This document shows positions 38,522-48,911 of a stretch of 64,000 nucleotides of DNA, piece by piece; within the stretch, counting starts at the first letter, position 1; each line of letters starts with the position of its first letter. The translations under genes were made by a program, and so were the position numbers. The notes beneath the pieces are model-generated. The model did not search any database, had not been told where the DNA came from, and was given only the letters and a program-made list of their open reading frames with translations. Source of the DNA: Clostridiales bacterium (GTDB taxonomy: Bacteria > Bacillota > Clostridia > Peptostreptococcales > Anaerovoracaceae); assembly GCA_015258265.1 (NCBI GenBank), contig JABZIP010000005.1:11521-75520 (forward strand). The letters run 5' to 3'.

Positions 38522-39914
38522 GAATTATCTGTACTCCTTGTGGCGTATCTTTCAAAGTTATTCCCTTTTCCTTGAGTAAATCACGAATTTCATCGGCTCT
38601 TGCAAAATTCTTTTCTTTTCGGGCATTCTGCCTTTCTTCTATAAGATTTTTAATTTCATCCGAAATTTCTTCTTCCTTAGAATCCGCTTCCAGCAATCCA
38701 AGTACATTTGAAAATTTCAAAAGTACCTTCAGTGCCTCCTCTGCAAATGCTGACGAGCAATCATTTCGGATATAAGTGTTAATTGCTGTAACCATTTCAA
38801 ATATAGCTGTTATAGCATCTGCCGTATTCAAATCGTCTTCCATCGCAGCGACAAATTCATCCTGATACTTGGAAAGTGAATCTAAGAATTCCTTTTCTTG
38901 TGCTGTAAGTTCACCTTTTTTTAATCCCGCAAGATACTTGAGGTTATCTCTTAAATTTGTAATTCTCTCCAGTCCCGCCTTAGCCTGCTCCATAAGCAAA
39001 TCGCTAAAATTGATTGGATTCCTATAATGTCCCGACAACAAGAAAAATCTGATTACCTCTCCGTCATACTCGTTTAGTATATCTCTCACGGTGAAAAAAT
39101 TTCCCTTTGATTTTGACATTTTCTCGTTGTTTATCGTAATATAGCCGTTGTGCATCCAATAATTTGCAAAGGTTGCGCCGTTGCACGCTTCCGACTGAGC
39201 TATTTCATTTTCATGATGCGGGAACGATAAGTCCTGTCCTCCTGCATGAATATCAATCGTATCGCCTAAATACTTTTTAGCCATCGTAGAACACTCAATA
39301 TGCCAACCCGGTCTGCCCATTCCCCACGGCGACTCCCATGCTATTTCACTATCTTCTTTGCGTGCTTTCCAAAGCGCAAAATCCATAGGATCTTTTTTCT
39401 TTTCCTCGATGTTGATTCTTGCGCCTGCTTCCAGCTCTTCAATATCTTGATTGGAAAGTTTACCGTACTCATCAAACTTTCTTGTGCTGTAATACACATC
39501 TCCGTCTATCTCGTACGCATATCCCTTATCAATAAGTGTTTTCACAAATGCTATGATATCGTCTATGGTTTGCGTAACCTTAGGATGCACTGTCGCTTTT
39601 TTTACATTTAGTGCCTTGGCATCCTTAAAGTATTCCTCAATATACTTCTCACTTACTTCCCCCGCGGTCAGTCCTTCCTCTTTTGCCCTATTTATTATTT
39701 TGTCATCCACATCGGTGAAATTTTGAACAAACTTAACATTTTTACCCGTGAACTCCAAATACCTCCTAAGTGTATCGAAAACCACAAACGGTCTTGCATT
39801 ACCTATGTGAAAATAATTGTATACGGTCGGTCCGCATACATAAATCTTAATTTCCTTATCATCTATTGGAATAAATTCCTCTTTTTTACCCGTCATAGTA
39901 TTATATACTTTCAT
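38514..39914 (-). CDS. cysS: cysteine--tRNA ligase
   Basis: HIGN (HIGH) motif, KMSKS motif, full-length CysS similarity. Start taken at MKVYNTMTG. Confidence 0.92.
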   Translation of the reverse strand: MKVYNTMTGKKEEFIPIDDKEIKIYVCGPTVYNYFHIGNARPFVVFDTLRRYLEFTGKNVKFVQNFTDVDDKIINRAKEEGLTAGEVSEKYIEEYFKDAKALNVKKATVHPKVTQTIDDIIAFVKTLIDKGYAYEIDGDVYYSTRKFDEYGKLSNQDIEELEAGARINIEEKKKDPMDFALWKARKEDSEIAWESPWGMGRPGWHIECSTMAKKYLGDTIDIHAGGQDLSFPHHENEIAQSEACNGATFANYWMHNGYITINNEKMSKSKGNFFTVRDILNEYDGEVIRFFLLSGHYRNPINFSDLLMEQAKAGLERITNLRDNLKYLAGLKKGELTAQEKEFLDSLSKYQDEFVAAMEDDLNTADAITAIFEMVTAINTYIRNDCSSAFAEEALKVLLKFSNVLGLLEADSKEEEISDEIKNLIEERQNARKEKNFARADEIRDLLKEKGITLKDTPQGVQIIRE

Positions 39915-39983
39915 ATCTGCCTCCAACAAAATCAAATTTATACAAAAATATAGGGCAGGAAAACCCGCCCTTTTCTTTTTCTT

Positions 39984-41408
39984 TTAGAGATAATTTAATG
40001 GATTTTTAGCAACGCCGTTCACCCTTACCTCAAAGTGGCAATGCGCTCCTGTTGTATATCCTGTAAGCCCTACTGTCGCAATAGTTTGACCTCTCACAAC
40101 ACGAGTTCCAGGTGTAACAAGAAGCTGGTCGCAATGCGCATACCATGTTTGATATCCGTTTCCGTGGTCTATCTTTACTATATTTCCGTAAGCACCTCGT
40201 CTGCTCGCATCAACAACAACTCCGTCCGCTGCAGCTCCTATAGGTGTTCCAACAGGATTTCTAAAGTCAACACCCGTATGTCTTGCGGATCCTCGACTTG
40301 TTCCGAAGCCCGACGATATTTCGATATGGCTCATCGGCATAGCGAACATGCCGTTTTTGGCGGTATCTATACTTCCAACCACATTGTACGACATAGCCTT
40401 AGTACCTTTGAGTGCAACCTGCGCTTGAGGCTCCATTGTAACGGTCTCCGATAAAGTCTCCGCTGCAACCAGTACTCCGTTAATCTTTGTAATTTTTTTC
40501 ACAACATCTTTGCTTCCATTTTGACCGGCTTTCGAAACCTTCGTCTGTCCATTGTACAAAGTGTTTGTATTTTCGTAAACCGTTTCGTACGGTATACTCT
40601 CTGTCGCCGCTATTTGCTGTACGGTTGTAACCTGCATATACGGTTTGTATTCCGTTAGATTTATATTTTGTCCTATCATCAAACTGTCTTCTGTAAGTCC
40701 CGGATTGATAGCCAAAAGTTCATCTACCGTAGTGCTGTTCGCTATTGCGATATCCCAAAGGGTATCGCCTCCAACCACAGTGTGCACTTTGGTTTCGCCC
40801 TTCCCCTTCAATATGTAATTAACCGCATCGACAGGTGTCATAATCCACGCATTTTCACCGTGCTGTTTTTTCGGATTGTAAACATGCCACTCGAAGGCTT
40901 TGTCGAACTCAACTACAGCCGTCGGATCGTCTACCTTGCCGTCCAAATAATAGTATTTGATTCCCTCGTATACAGCTTCTGCATCTTCTTTACTTGCAAC
41001 CGCAAGAATTTTCTCTCCGCCTATACTGATAATGTACTGATCCTGATCGAGCGGTGCTTCCATTCCGGCTTTCGCTAATAAAGATGCCTCCGCATCAGTT
41101 CCTGCAAGCTGCGGAACCGGCGCAAACGCAACTGCAAAAGATAAAACAACCGCAACTCCTGCCGCTACAGCCGATTTCTGTTCAAAACTCGCCGCCTTTA
41201 CCCCACTTACAATAATATTTTTAATCTTAACAGTATTTTCTTTTATCTTTATAAATTCATTTTCCAGCTTAGTGCGAATTTCTTGCAATTTGTCTGAATC
41301 AATGATGCTCTTCATCTTGTCAATATAATTTTTTTGACTCCGCTCAGTATCGTTTTTACTACCCATCATGCTCCTTTCATTTCTTAATTTATTCTGCACA
41401 TAATTCAA
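39984..41408 (-). CDS. LysM-domain M23 family peptidoglycan metalloendopeptidase
   Basis: LysM (HTVVGGDTLWDIAIAN...LLAINPGL) and M23 catalytic motifs HTGVDF...GYTTGAHCHFEV. Confidence 0.85.
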   Translation of the reverse strand: MNYVQNKLRNERSMMGSKNDTERSQKNYIDKMKSIIDSDKLQEIRTKLENEFIKIKENTVKIKNIIVSGVKAASFEQKSAVAAGVAVVLSFAVAFAPVPQLAGTDAEASLLAKAGMEAPLDQDQYIISIGGEKILAVASKEDAEAVYEGIKYYYLDGKVDDPTAVVEFDKAFEWHVYNPKKQHGENAWIMTPVDAVNYILKGKGETKVHTVVGGDTLWDIAIANSTTVDELLAINPGLTEDSLMIGQNINLTEYKPYMQVTTVQQIAATESIPYETVYENTNTLYNGQTKVSKAGQNGSKDVVKKITKINGVLVAAETLSETVTMEPQAQVALKGTKAMSYNVVGSIDTAKNGMFAMPMSHIEISSGFGTSRGSARHTGVDFRNPVGTPIGAAADGVVVDASRRGAYGNIVKIDHGNGYQTWYAHCDQLLVTPGTRVVRGQTIATVGLTGYTTGAHCHFEVRVNGVAKNPLNYL

Positions 41409-41483
41409 CTAACAGTAAAATATTACAGGATTGTTACAAAAAAGTCAAGTGAAATTTATGTGTTTTTGAAAGTACGCTGCTTT

Positions 41484-41840
41484 TTAATCGCGGTTGCGTT
41501 TTGTAATTTCTACGATTTCCGAGAATTTACTCATAATATATCCGTATTTGCTTTTCGTATGCGGAATCATACAATTACTGCAATCTTTGATACCGTCATC
41601 GCTAAATTTAAAATTGCCTCCGCACTTGTCGCCTAATGCATACAGCGGACAATAGCAAAACAAGCAGTTAAACTCCTCCGGCTTTTTTGTCTTATGACAT
41701 GGAAAAAATTCACATTCGCTGTGATTAAAAAATGCGTATTTCTTACCTTCCCAATATGGAAATTCCTCTACGCTCTTTGCTTTTTCCTCTTCAGATGCGT
41801 TTGAACTCGTTTCTACATTTTCATTTTCCAAATTTTCCAT
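41484..41840 (-). CDS. cysteine-rich small domain protein (putative metal-binding)
   Basis: Multiple CxxC/CxC motifs (FPCHKTKKPEEFNCLFCYCP...CSNC). Start taken at MENLENEN; lies downstream of murI. Confidence 0.5.
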   Translation of the reverse strand: MENLENENVETSSNASEEEKAKSVEEFPYWEGKKYAFFNHSECEFFPCHKTKKPEEFNCLFCYCPLYALGDKCGGNFKFSDDGIKDCSNCMIPHTKSKYGYIMSKFSEIVEITKRNRD

Positions 41841-41850
41841 AACACCCTCC

Positions 41851-42633
41851 TTAAATTTCCTTGCCAAGCAGCATATATGAACGCTTGACAAATTCATCCG
41901 ATTTGGAATTCATTATCGTAAGCTCCTGCTTTCCGTCACTTGAAAGCAGATTTCGTTCCTTCAAAACACAAGCAAGCTGTCTTGCCGTTCCGATACTGCC
42001 GTCGTATATCTTGATATGTTTTCCGACAACATTCGATATGGCATCTTTGATAAACGGATAATGCGTACAGCCCAATACCACCGCAGCTAAATTTTCATCC
42101 GCTTCCGACAGCAATTTGCTTCGTAAGTATTCGTTCAAGGCTTCGCTCTCAAGTTCTCCTCTTTCGACAAACTCCATAAGTCCGGGACACGCTACAGGCA
42201 CCAAGTCTGCAACATCTCTAAATCGCCTTGCCAGATTTACAAATTGCTTGCCCCTGACCGTCGCAGGCGTAGCCAGCATCAGTACTTTTTTTCCCTCGTT
42301 TTCCAGTGCTGCCGGTTTTATTGCAGGTTCCACACCTATTATAGGGATTTCCTTGTATTTTTGTCTAAGAGTACTTGCCGCCATACTAGTTGCCGTATTA
42401 CAAGCAAGTACAATTGCTTTCGCTCCCATGTTTATAAACATTTCCAGGCTTTTTTCGGTTAATGCCAGAATCTCGTCTTGTCCTTTTGTTCCGTAAGGTG
42501 CATTCGCCGAATCGCCAAAATATATATATTTCTCTTGCGGTAATATCTTGAGCATCGCTTTCAAAACACTCAAACCGCCAAGTCCCGAATCGAAAACTCC
42601 TACAAATTTTTCGCTATTTTCTATCTTGTACAT
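41851..42633 (-). CDS. murI: glutamate racemase
   Basis: 260 aa; both catalytic Cys motifs (ACNTA and GCTHYP) present. Confidence 0.9.
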   Translation of the reverse strand: MYKIENSEKFVGVFDSGLGGLSVLKAMLKILPQEKYIYFGDSANAPYGTKGQDEILALTEKSLEMFINMGAKAIVLACNTATSMAASTLRQKYKEIPIIGVEPAIKPAALENEGKKVLMLATPATVRGKQFVNLARRFRDVADLVPVACPGLMEFVERGELESEALNEYLRSKLLSEADENLAAVVLGCTHYPFIKDAISNVVGKHIKIYDGSIGTARQLACVLKERNLLSSDGKQELTIMNSKSDEFVKRSYMLLGKEI

Positions 42634-42681
42634 CGCTCGCCTCTACTTAGTCAACATATCTAAGTTTTTGTTGTTTCGTAT

Positions 42682-44361
42682 CTATCTTCTCTCTGCCTTT
42701 GATTTATTTTGATACATTTTTTCATCTGCAATTGCTAAAATCTTTTCGTATTCTTCATTCTGCGCCTCTGCGCTTGATGCTATACCATACGCAAAGCCCA
42801 TTTTCCACAAACGTTCGTCTTGCATATTAGATTGTTCAACCAGCTTTCCAAGTTCATCTACCTTTTGTTGTAACAACGCTTTATCTTCCATTCGTGCAAT
42901 CGTTACAAATTCATCTCCTCCGTGCCGTACATTCATATATTCGTCGCCGGCAAAAGTCTGTTTGAGGAAATCGGCAAATCGCCTAATCAGCTTATCACCG
43001 GCTTCATGTCCATATGTATCGTTCACCTCTTTTAAATTATTCAGGTCAAACATTATGAGACTGTATGGTATGTGGTTTTTTACAATTTGAAGCACATACG
43101 CAATACCGCCGTATCTGTTATCAAGTCCGGTAAGTTGATCTTTGTGGGCGATTTCCTTGAATATTGCAATTTGTTTCTCGTATTTTTCTATTTCAATCGC
43201 CTTGAAAATATAGGTGAAAATCGGAGCGGCAACTACCATACATACCGCCAGCATAGTTGTCATATTGCTTATCTGCATGTACTTGCCCGCTGTTACCATG
43301 TCTTTGAAATCCAGATTTATCAAGATTACGCGTATAACAAGCAGGAATATGGCTATGCCGTTACATATGCTCAATATCCTCTCGTATTTATCCTGTTTTT
43401 GGTAATCTGCTAAGAATATGAATGCTATTGCGCTCATCATTATAACAATCATCACTCTGAAAAACGAAATAGTCTGAGAAATCCAAATTATTCCTGTTAT
43501 ATGAAAAACGAATATCCCGCTCAAATACGCAAGATATATGAATCTCATAGCTCGTATCAGCTGTTCGTATTTTGTGTTTTTCTTTATAATTTCTATTGTC
43601 GACAAGTATGTAAACACTGCAATATACGCCGATGCATACTCGAGTACGGATGTGCTTTCATAATTATTGGTCATAAATTGAAGGAAGCTGAACGTACATA
43701 TAATCCAAAGTCCCAAGAAGAAAGCCGTTGCAAATGCGTATATCTGATAATAGCTGTCCGCCTTGTGCTTTAGATATGCTATAATTGATGCTATATATCC
43801 ACCAATTCCGGCAAAGAATACAAAAAAGCTGAGCATTAGAGCAAACAAATTGTCTTTGATTAAATCTCGCCATATGGTATCACTGCTGCTGAATCTCAAA
43901 AAATCAATCCAGTCGTACTCCATCTTTTCCGCCGGTTTTATCTTAATTTCCAAATACGGATTGAATCCCTCTATGCTGTTTATCTTTACAATATGATATC
44001 CGCGTCCGAGCATTTTCCCTTCTTTGTATAGACGCTCACCGTATGAATAGAGATATTTATCTGAAACATATACCTCGACAGCCGAACCGTAAGTTCGAAA
44101 AACCAGATTTTTTCCCTCGTAATCTTTTTTATTCAGTTTTTTCATCAAGATTACTTCATCGCCTTGCTTAACGGAAGGCAGCTGTTTTTTCGATATCTCA
44201 AATTTACCGTAATACTCATCGTTTATAGTAAGCTCAAACGGTTCTTCCTTCCAGTTAATGCTTTTAATATCGCTGAAATTCAACTCCAAAAACATCAGGC
44301 ACATAAATATCGCCATGCCCGCGAATGCAAGGATTTCCAAATATTTTTTGATATTGTTCAT
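42682..44361 (-). CDS. membrane sensor diguanylate cyclase (GGDEF domain)
   Basis: N-terminal periplasmic region plus about 7 TM helices. C-terminal GGDEF domain with RHGGDEF active site and I-site-like RxxD. Start taken at MNNIKKYLEI (ORF track start 44448). Confidence 0.8.
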   Translation of the reverse strand: MNNIKKYLEILAFAGMAIFMCLMFLELNFSDIKSINWKEEPFELTINDEYYGKFEISKKQLPSVKQGDEVILMKKLNKKDYEGKNLVFRTYGSAVEVYVSDKYLYSYGERLYKEGKMLGRGYHIVKINSIEGFNPYLEIKIKPAEKMEYDWIDFLRFSSSDTIWRDLIKDNLFALMLSFFVFFAGIGGYIASIIAYLKHKADSYYQIYAFATAFFLGLWIICTFSFLQFMTNNYESTSVLEYASAYIAVFTYLSTIEIIKKNTKYEQLIRAMRFIYLAYLSGIFVFHITGIIWISQTISFFRVMIVIMMSAIAFIFLADYQKQDKYERILSICNGIAIFLLVIRVILINLDFKDMVTAGKYMQISNMTTMLAVCMVVAAPIFTYIFKAIEIEKYEKQIAIFKEIAHKDQLTGLDNRYGGIAYVLQIVKNHIPYSLIMFDLNNLKEVNDTYGHEAGDKLIRRFADFLKQTFAGDEYMNVRHGGDEFVTIARMEDKALLQQKVDELGKLVEQSNMQDERLWKMGFAYGIASSAEAQNEEYEKILAIADEKMYQNKSKAERR

Positions 44362-44549
44362 ATTGTATCGCGCTCCCCAAAATAAGTATTTTGTAAAACT
44401 CGGTAGCTTTTTATAGTCTACCACATTCACACAAAAAACACAAACCAATATATAACATATCGGTGTATTTTAGGACCTGTACGGGTATAAATTAAATCGA
44501 TATGTACATATAAAAAGCGACTTTTAAAGTTGCGAAAGGCGGTCTAAAT

Positions 44550-45431
44550 ATGAAAAAAGTAGTTGTGGTGGGTAATGGCCCTGCCGGTATAAGCTCGGCT
44601 ATCTACACGGCAAGAGCAAATATAGATACAACGGTAATCGGTAGCGGATACGGTTCTTTGGAAACTGCAAATGTAGAAAATTATTACGGTTTCGACGAAG
44701 CAATCAGCGGGAAGGAATTGATTGAGCGCGGTATCAGACAAGCAAAGCGTATAGGTGCAAGTGTAATTGACAGCGAAGTTCTCGAAATTTCATTCTCACA
44801 TAACGATGATAACGGAAAACCGATATATTCAGTCAAAACAACAAGCGGTGAATTTCAAGCAAACGCAGTTACCATTGCCGTCGGACAAAAAAGGAAAAAA
44901 AGTCCTATAAAAAATTTAGCCGAACTCGAAGGGCACGGTGTAAGTTACTGCTCTATATGCGACGGTTTTTTCTACAAAGGAAAAGATGTTTGTGTAATAG
45001 GCTCAGGTAGATACGCCCTAAACGAAGTAGAATCATTACTGCCTATAGTTAAAAGCGTTACACTGCTTACAAACGGAGTCGATACCACGGCTGACTTCCC
45101 CAAATCTGTTGACATAGTTAGAACTCAAATTGCATCGTTAAATAGCGATGTAGCTACAGGAGCATTGAAATCCATAACCTTTGTAGACGGTATTTCCGTT
45201 GATTTCGCAGGAGCGTTCGTAGCTGAAGGTGTAGCGGACACTATCGCACTTGCAAAAAAACTTGGTTTATTGACAGAAAAAAATAAAATCGTTGTTTCCG
45301 ATCGAAAAGAAACAAATCTTCTGGGAATTTATGCAGCAGGGGATTGCATCGGCGGAATCTTGCAAGTGGCAAAAGCCGTAAGCGACGGCGCCATCGCAGG
45401 TATTTCGATTACACAATACCTGAAAGATTAA
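44550..45431 (+). CDS. thioredoxin reductase-like flavoprotein lacking the NADPH HRRD motif (possible ferredoxin-dependent FFTR type)
   Basis: FAD GxGxxG (GNGPAG) and redox CSIC(DG) present. The HRRxxxR NADPH-binding motif is replaced by TNGVDTT. Confidence 0.65.
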   Translation: MKKVVVVGNGPAGISSAIYTARANIDTTVIGSGYGSLETANVENYYGFDEAISGKELIERGIRQAKRIGASVIDSEVLEISFSHNDDNGKPIYSVKTTSGEFQANAVTIAVGQKRKKSPIKNLAELEGHGVSYCSICDGFFYKGKDVCVIGSGRYALNEVESLLPIVKSVTLLTNGVDTTADFPKSVDIVRTQIASLNSDVATGALKSITFVDGISVDFAGAFVAEGVADTIALAKKLGLLTEKNKIVVSDRKETNLLGIYAAGDCIGGILQVAKAVSDGAIAGISITQYLKD

Positions 45432-45513
45432 ATGTGTAAAAAAATATTTTTGTGGTATCTATTACAATTATAGCTTATGATACAAAATATTAGGCTTAAA
45501 TAAGGAGGTTTTT

Positions 45514-45822
45514 ATGGCAGCATTAACTATAACAAAAGAAAATTTCGAATCAGAGGTTGTAAACGCAGGTACTAAAGTGCTTGTTGATTTTTGGGCATCA
45601 TGGTGTGCTCCATGTAGAATGGTATCCCCTATAATAGATGAAATTGCAAATGAAGCGACTGACTTTAAAGTAGGAAAAATCAATGTTGACGAGCAGCCTG
45701 AGCTTGCCGCTCAATTCGGCGTAATGACTATCCCGACACTAATGATATTTGATAAAGGACAAGTCGTAAACAAGAGCATTGGAGCACAACCAAAAGAAAA
45801 TATACTGGCGCTCCTAAAATAA
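45514..45822 (+). CDS. trxA: thioredoxin
   Basis: 102 aa, WCAPC active site. Confidence 0.92.
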   Translation: MAALTITKENFESEVVNAGTKVLVDFWASWCAPCRMVSPIIDEIANEATDFKVGKINVDEQPELAAQFGVMTIPTLMIFDKGQVVNKSIGAQPKENILALLK

Positions 45823-45837
45823 CAAATACGAAAAGAA

Positions 45838-45876
45838 ACAAAAAGACCTGATTATATAATCAGGTCTTTTTGTTTT
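45838..45876. terminator. bidirectional rho-independent terminator (AAAAGACCTGAT-TATA-ATCAGGTCTTTT)
   Basis: Perfect 12-bp stem flanked by A-run and T-run; sits between convergent trxA and the cofE-like gene. Confidence 0.75.
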
Positions 45877-45880
45877 TCAT

Positions 45881-47071
45881 TTATTTTATATAGCTGTCAA
45901 AATAGCCCTGAATGTACACTATAGGAGTTCCCTTATCTCCGCTGCCGGAAGTAAGGTCGCAAAGCGAACCTATGAGATCGGTCAATCTTCGTGGTGTCGT
46001 ACCTTGCGCCACCATAGAATTTTTGAGATCGGCATCCTTATTTTTGATGTATTCCGAGATCGCAGCTTTCAGTTCATCCCCTCGCAAGTGAGCAAAATCA
46101 TTATCAGCCAAGTACTTAATTTTTACTTCGTTTGGAGTTCCCTCAAGACCGCTTGTATATCCCGGCGATACCACAGGATCTGCAAGTTCCCAAATCTTTC
46201 CTGCCGGATCTTTGAATGCTCCGTCGCCATATACCATTACTTCTATTGTTTTTCCTGTTTTTTCCAATATCTTCTTTTGTATGCTGTTCACAAAATCAGT
46301 ACAGTCGTTCGGGAAAAGTTTGACCGTATCTTCAGTCGCTTTGTTCGAACCGAGTATTCCATACTTTTCGTTATAACCGCTGCCGTCTACACTTGCTGTC
46401 ATTATATCGTCAAGTCCAAGTACCGCCTTTGCTCCTGCCTCTTTCAAAAGTCGCTTACTTCTTGCTCTTGTATGTATATCGCAAGTTAGCACCCTGTCTG
46501 TATATTTAAGTATTGCTTTTGGATTATTTGCAAATATTATCTCAACTTGAGTTCCCACGCCCTCGATTAAGTCCTTATAATATCCTACATAATCCATTCC
46601 TGTAAACGGATGTTTAGATTTACCGAAAAGTTTCTCAAATTCTTCGAGCGTCAACACATCGGAATACGGATTTACATTTTTTTCATCGAGCAAATCCATA
46701 TCAACAAGTCCGTTTCCCACTTCATCACTTGGATAGCTGAGCATCAGGACAACCTTTTTTGCTCCCTTTGCAATCCCTTTTAGACAAATTGCAAATCGGT
46801 TTCTGCTGAGTATAGGGAATATTACACCGATAGTTTCGCCGCCCAATTTATTTTTGACATCTGAAGCTATCTGGTCTATGCTTGCGTAGTTTCCCTGCGC
46901 TCTTGCAACTACAGCTTCCGTAATTGCAAGCACATCCTTATCTCTTATCTCAAATTCGCCTGCCTTATTTGCATTAAGCACGGTTTCTACAACTATCTTT
47001 TCTAAATCGTCTCCCTGTCTTATGATAGGAGCTCTAAGTCCCCTTGAAACTGTTCCTACTAATCTTTCCAT
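45881..47071 (-). CDS. CofE-like (F420-0:gamma-glutamyl ligase family) protein
   Basis: 396 aa, N-terminal RAPIIRQGDDL motif typical of the CofE/FbiB-N family. Function in a non-F420 organism unknown. Confidence 0.55.
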   Translation of the reverse strand: MERLVGTVSRGLRAPIIRQGDDLEKIVVETVLNANKAGEFEIRDKDVLAITEAVVARAQGNYASIDQIASDVKNKLGGETIGVIFPILSRNRFAICLKGIAKGAKKVVLMLSYPSDEVGNGLVDMDLLDEKNVNPYSDVLTLEEFEKLFGKSKHPFTGMDYVGYYKDLIEGVGTQVEIIFANNPKAILKYTDRVLTCDIHTRARSKRLLKEAGAKAVLGLDDIMTASVDGSGYNEKYGILGSNKATEDTVKLFPNDCTDFVNSIQKKILEKTGKTIEVMVYGDGAFKDPAGKIWELADPVVSPGYTSGLEGTPNEVKIKYLADNDFAHLRGDELKAAISEYIKNKDADLKNSMVAQGTTPRRLTDLIGSLCDLTSGSGDKGTPIVYIQGYFDSYIK

Positions 47072-47086
47072 ATCTTTTCCCTCACA

Positions 47087-47920
47087 TTATAGATTTTTTA
47101 ACATTGCCAGTATTGAGGCACGCTCCAGATCCAAGCTGTTAACAGCATTAGTATCTTGTTCTTTTTCATCTGAAAAAATCGGTCTCATATTGATTTGCTG
47201 TATCGACAAAGCAATTTTTGCTTTTAGGTATTCGTCGCTTACACCCTGCAATTCATTTGATATCTGAGTTTTCGACTTTACATTTTCAGATGCGCTTTGC
47301 ACCGCCTGTATGTTTTGTGCTCCCTTATGAATGCTGCCCGGTATACTGAGATCGCCCATCATAAAGTTCGTAACTTTTTTGATGTGATTTATAGTTTCTT
47401 TGAACGGTGGCACACCACCATACTTTTTCACAGCTCCGGAACCCGCACTATACGCTGCAAGCGCAAGTTTGATATCGCCTCCGTACATTTTCAACTTATC
47501 GCCAATGTACTTAGCTCCTCCCATAATGTTCTCATACGGATCAAAAGCATCGGTTACTCCAAGTGCTTTTGCAGTGTTCGGCATCAGTTGCATTACTCCC
47601 ATAGCTCCCGCCGATGAAACAACATGCGGTTTAAATTGTGATTCCGCTTTTGCCATCGCCTTGAGCAATTTTAAAGGCACATTGTTTTTCTTCGCTGCCG
47701 CCTCAAAAATTTCTTCCATTTCGTCAGGAGTTATATCTTTCTTTCCTTTTAACCTTTCTACAGGTTTTTCATTTTCTTTTGATTGTGAAACAAGTTTGGT
47801 AAGTGCTACATCAAAGCTACTATCTTTGATAGGAATCTGCTCACTTGTCTGCCCAAGTCCCGCATTCTTTGCCATAAAATAATTCCTTTCATTTAAGCGT
47901 GCGATTTCGTACAAATCCAT
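47087..47920 (-). CDS. lytic transglycosylase (SLT domain)
   Basis: AESQF...GAMGVMQLMP...AYSAG SLT catalytic motifs. Confidence 0.8.
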   Translation of the reverse strand: MDLYEIARLNERNYFMAKNAGLGQTSEQIPIKDSSFDVALTKLVSQSKENEKPVERLKGKKDITPDEMEEIFEAAAKKNNVPLKLLKAMAKAESQFKPHVVSSAGAMGVMQLMPNTAKALGVTDAFDPYENIMGGAKYIGDKLKMYGGDIKLALAAYSAGSGAVKKYGGVPPFKETINHIKKVTNFMMGDLSIPGSIHKGAQNIQAVQSASENVKSKTQISNELQGVSDEYLKAKIALSIQQINMRPIFSDEKEQDTNAVNSLDLERASILAMLKNL

Positions 47921-47970
47921 ACTCCCCCACCTTCTTCTTATTTTGATACAGTCTTATTTTACCACATTTT

Positions 47971-48462
47971 TTACTTTGTGTCACTTACATTTTGTCTTTC
48001 TGCGACAATTCGTAAAATATTTGTTTCTTTCATCAATTCGTGAGCTATTATTCCAAGCATCACATCCAATTTTTCTACGTCTTCTTCAGGGAACCTTTCT
48101 CGTATTCTGGCACTTACTTTATTGATATAACTAAATATATCACCATATTTTTCGGTGTACTTATCGGTTACCTTAAGGTGAAATTCTCTTTTGTCCTTAT
48201 CGCTTTGAATCTTTGATATGTAACCTTTTTTTACAAGCTGGTTTATCCTATATGCCGCATTCGGTGCAGATAATGTTGACATACTGGCAAATTCGTTGAC
48301 TGTAGGTTCGCCAAGAGCCAATATTATCTCCATAAGAATTACTTCCATAGCGGAAAGTCCCTCTTCCTCTTTTGAGCCGAACTCTTTGAAAACTCTGGAA
48401 TAAAGAGACAACTTAAATCTATTATATACCTTTTGAAAATTTCGTTCCAGCATAGCAGCCAC
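47971..48462 (-). CDS. MarR-family transcriptional regulator (FabT-like, at end of fab cluster)
   Basis: 163 aa winged-helix MarR fold. Location immediately downstream of fabZ is the basis for the FabT-like call. Confidence 0.65.
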   Translation of the reverse strand: MAAMLERNFQKVYNRFKLSLYSRVFKEFGSKEEEGLSAMEVILMEIILALGEPTVNEFASMSTLSAPNAAYRINQLVKKGYISKIQSDKDKREFHLKVTDKYTEKYGDIFSYINKVSARIRERFPEEDVEKLDVMLGIIAHELMKETNILRIVAERQNVSDTK

Positions 48463-48467
48463 CTCAT

Positions 48468-48899
48468 TTAAGCATCTATTATAGCAAACGAAATTTCGCC
48501 GCTTGCTGCAATTTCTCCGTCAACCGACGCAGTAACATTTCCGAAACCTATACCGCCACGCATATTTGTCAGTTCACATTCCAATGTCAACACATCGCCC
48601 GGCACCACAGGTCTTTTAAATCTGCAATTTTTAACACCGCCGAATACTGCCAATTTCCCTTTGTTTTCGGGCATGGAAAGTATCGCTATTGCACCCGTCT
48701 GTGCAAGAGCCTCGAGTATCAACACCCCCGGCATTATAGCTTTTTGAGGGAAATGTCCTAAAAACTGCATCTCATTTGCGCTCACGCATTTCTTCCCTTT
48801 TGCATATTTCCCCACTTCCATATCGGTAATCCTATCCACAAACAGGAATGGATACCGATGCGGTAAAATTTCCTTTATCTGCTCAATGTCGAGTTGCAT
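48468..48899 (-). CDS. fabZ: 3-hydroxyacyl-ACP dehydratase
   Basis: 143 aa hotdog fold, [14 protein letters not shown] and HFP motif. Confidence 0.92.
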   Translation of the reverse strand: MQLDIEQIKEILPHRYPFLFVDRITDMEVGKYAKGKKCVSANEMQFLGHFPQKAIMPGVLILEALAQTGAIAILSMPENKGKLAVFGGVKNCRFKRPVVPGDVLTLECELTNMRGGIGFGNVTASVDGEIAASGEISFAIIDA

Positions 48900-48911
48900 A
48901 ACTCTCCTCCT

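Noticed and set aside
39915-39983. Possible T-box leader upstream of cysS
   Set aside because: The intergenic spacer is only about 50-70 nt, too short for a T-box. cysS appears co-transcribed with, or promoted from within, the upstream gene.
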